A stretch of 64,000 bases of DNA, taken from assembly GCA_028534125.1 (NCBI GenBank), contig CM052816.1, positions 3,288,001-3,352,000 of the forward strand. The letters are read 5' to 3'. A program made the position numbers and the translations under genes. The DNA comes from Lama glama (taxonomy: Eukaryota). This document shows positions 62,740-64,000 of the stretch, in pieces. The notes under the pieces are model-generated. The model was not told the origin of the DNA. It searched no databases and worked only from the letters and a program-made list of their open reading frames with translations. Position 1 is the first letter of the stretch; each line of letters starts with the position of its first letter.

Positions 62740-63239
62740 NNNNNNNNNNNNNNNNNNNNNNNNNNNNNNNNNNNNNNNNNNNNNNNNNNNNNNNNNNNNN
62801 NNNNNNNNNNNNNNNNNNNNNNNNNNNNNNNNNNNNNNNNNNNNNNNNNNNNNNNNNNNNNNNNNNNNNNNNNNNNNNNNNNNNNNNNNNNNNNNNNNNN
62901 NNNNNNNNNNNNNNNNNNNNNNNNNNNNNNNNNNNNNNNNNNNNNNNNNNNNNNNNNNNNNNNNNNNNNNNNNNNNNNNNNNNNNNNNNNNNNNNNNNNN
63001 NNNNNNNNNNNNNNNNNNNNNNNNNNNNNNNNNNNNNNNNNNNNNNNNNNNNNNNNNNNNNNNNNNNNNNNNNNNNNNNNNNNNNNNNNNNNNNNNNNNN
63101 NNNNNNNNNNNNNNNNNNNNNNNNNNNNNNNNNNNNNNNNNNNNNNNNNNNNNNNNNNNNNNNNNNNNNNNNNNNNNNNNNNNNNNNNNNNNNNNNNNNN
63201 NNNNNNNNNNNNNNNNNNNNNNNNNNNNNNNNNNNNNNN
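62740..63239. other. Assembly gap (500 N)
   Basis: Run of exactly 500 N. Confidence 0.99.
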
Positions 63240-64000
63240 CTGACCAACTAAACTCCACCACCACCTTCATTTCTTGGATTCCTATAGCACTCACAGTCGA
63301 GTCCATAATTTCCCACTTCATTATAAACTGCTTTATATTTTACTGATTCTTTGGATCACCAAAAATGGCAAGGATAGTCGTCTTTAGGGGGGAGGGGATT
63401 TGACCCGCAACCAGCACAGAACCGGCCACATCGTAGGCATTACTTGCTTAACTGACACTCCATGAGTGGTTTGTTGAATGCACAGGCTAGTGGCCAAAAT
63501 TCAAGTCTTTTGGTTAAAAAAAAAAAACAAACACAAAATTTAAAACATCACGGTCCCTTAAGGCACCATATCTAAGTCATCCTTATTGCTACACAAATCA
63601 GAGATTATCTTTAGAAAATTCTTCTGCCATACAGTTTCCACCTCAAACCATAAAAAGCAGAACCTCACTTCTCTTTCCCACATGAAGGAAGAGCACACTC
63701 AGGAGGCTGACAGCTCACACCTAGTTTTGAATCTCGTCTCTCCACTCATCCCTTGCCACAATCGGTCTTAAGGCATCAGATTTCAAAAGCACAAACAGAA
63801 AGTCATTCTCAGGTATTCTTTCACTTAACACTGAATTAGTGAGTGTCTTCCATGAGGGTCAGGCCAGCAGATTCTCTCTGATCTCAGCTGGGCCTTTAGT
63901 CAAGTTAGACAATCCTCTCATTCATGCCCAGCTGATTTCTTATTCCACCCACAGAGGCAGCTGTTCCAAACCTTCAGACGTCTCGTGCACTTTCTGAACC

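Overview
Mammalian genomic window, probably camelid (inferred from tRNA-Ala-like, vic-1-type SINEs). The minus strand carries 22 constitutive coding exons of CYFIP2. I spliced them by hand: 2673 nt, codons 1-891, with consistent phases. The non-coding first exon and the 3' exons lie outside the window. The small gene FNDC9 is nested antisense (+ strand) in the intron after the last CYFIP2 exon seen here. The remainder is intron with MIR, L2, L1, MLT, MER and Tigger fragments, younger SINEs, microsatellites and two 500-N gaps. The most notable points are: (1) an exon-intron RNA hairpin that contains the K320 A-to-I recoding site and buries the 5' splice site; (2) a dense regulatory cluster in the intron after 'GPSSTQ', with a 75-nt cassette exon, a stronger distal donor that would create a poison exon, a 39-nt candidate poison or alternative first exon, a CpG-rich block and a CTCF-like motif; (3) a candidate in-frame alternative exon upstream of exon 11; (4) an apparent SINE-mediated 3' transduction; (5) a GC-AG intron and a NAGNAG acceptor. 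Exon numbering follows the usual human convention (first coding exon = exon 2). Repeat family names and boundaries are from pattern recognition and are approximate. I found no clearly novel gene system.
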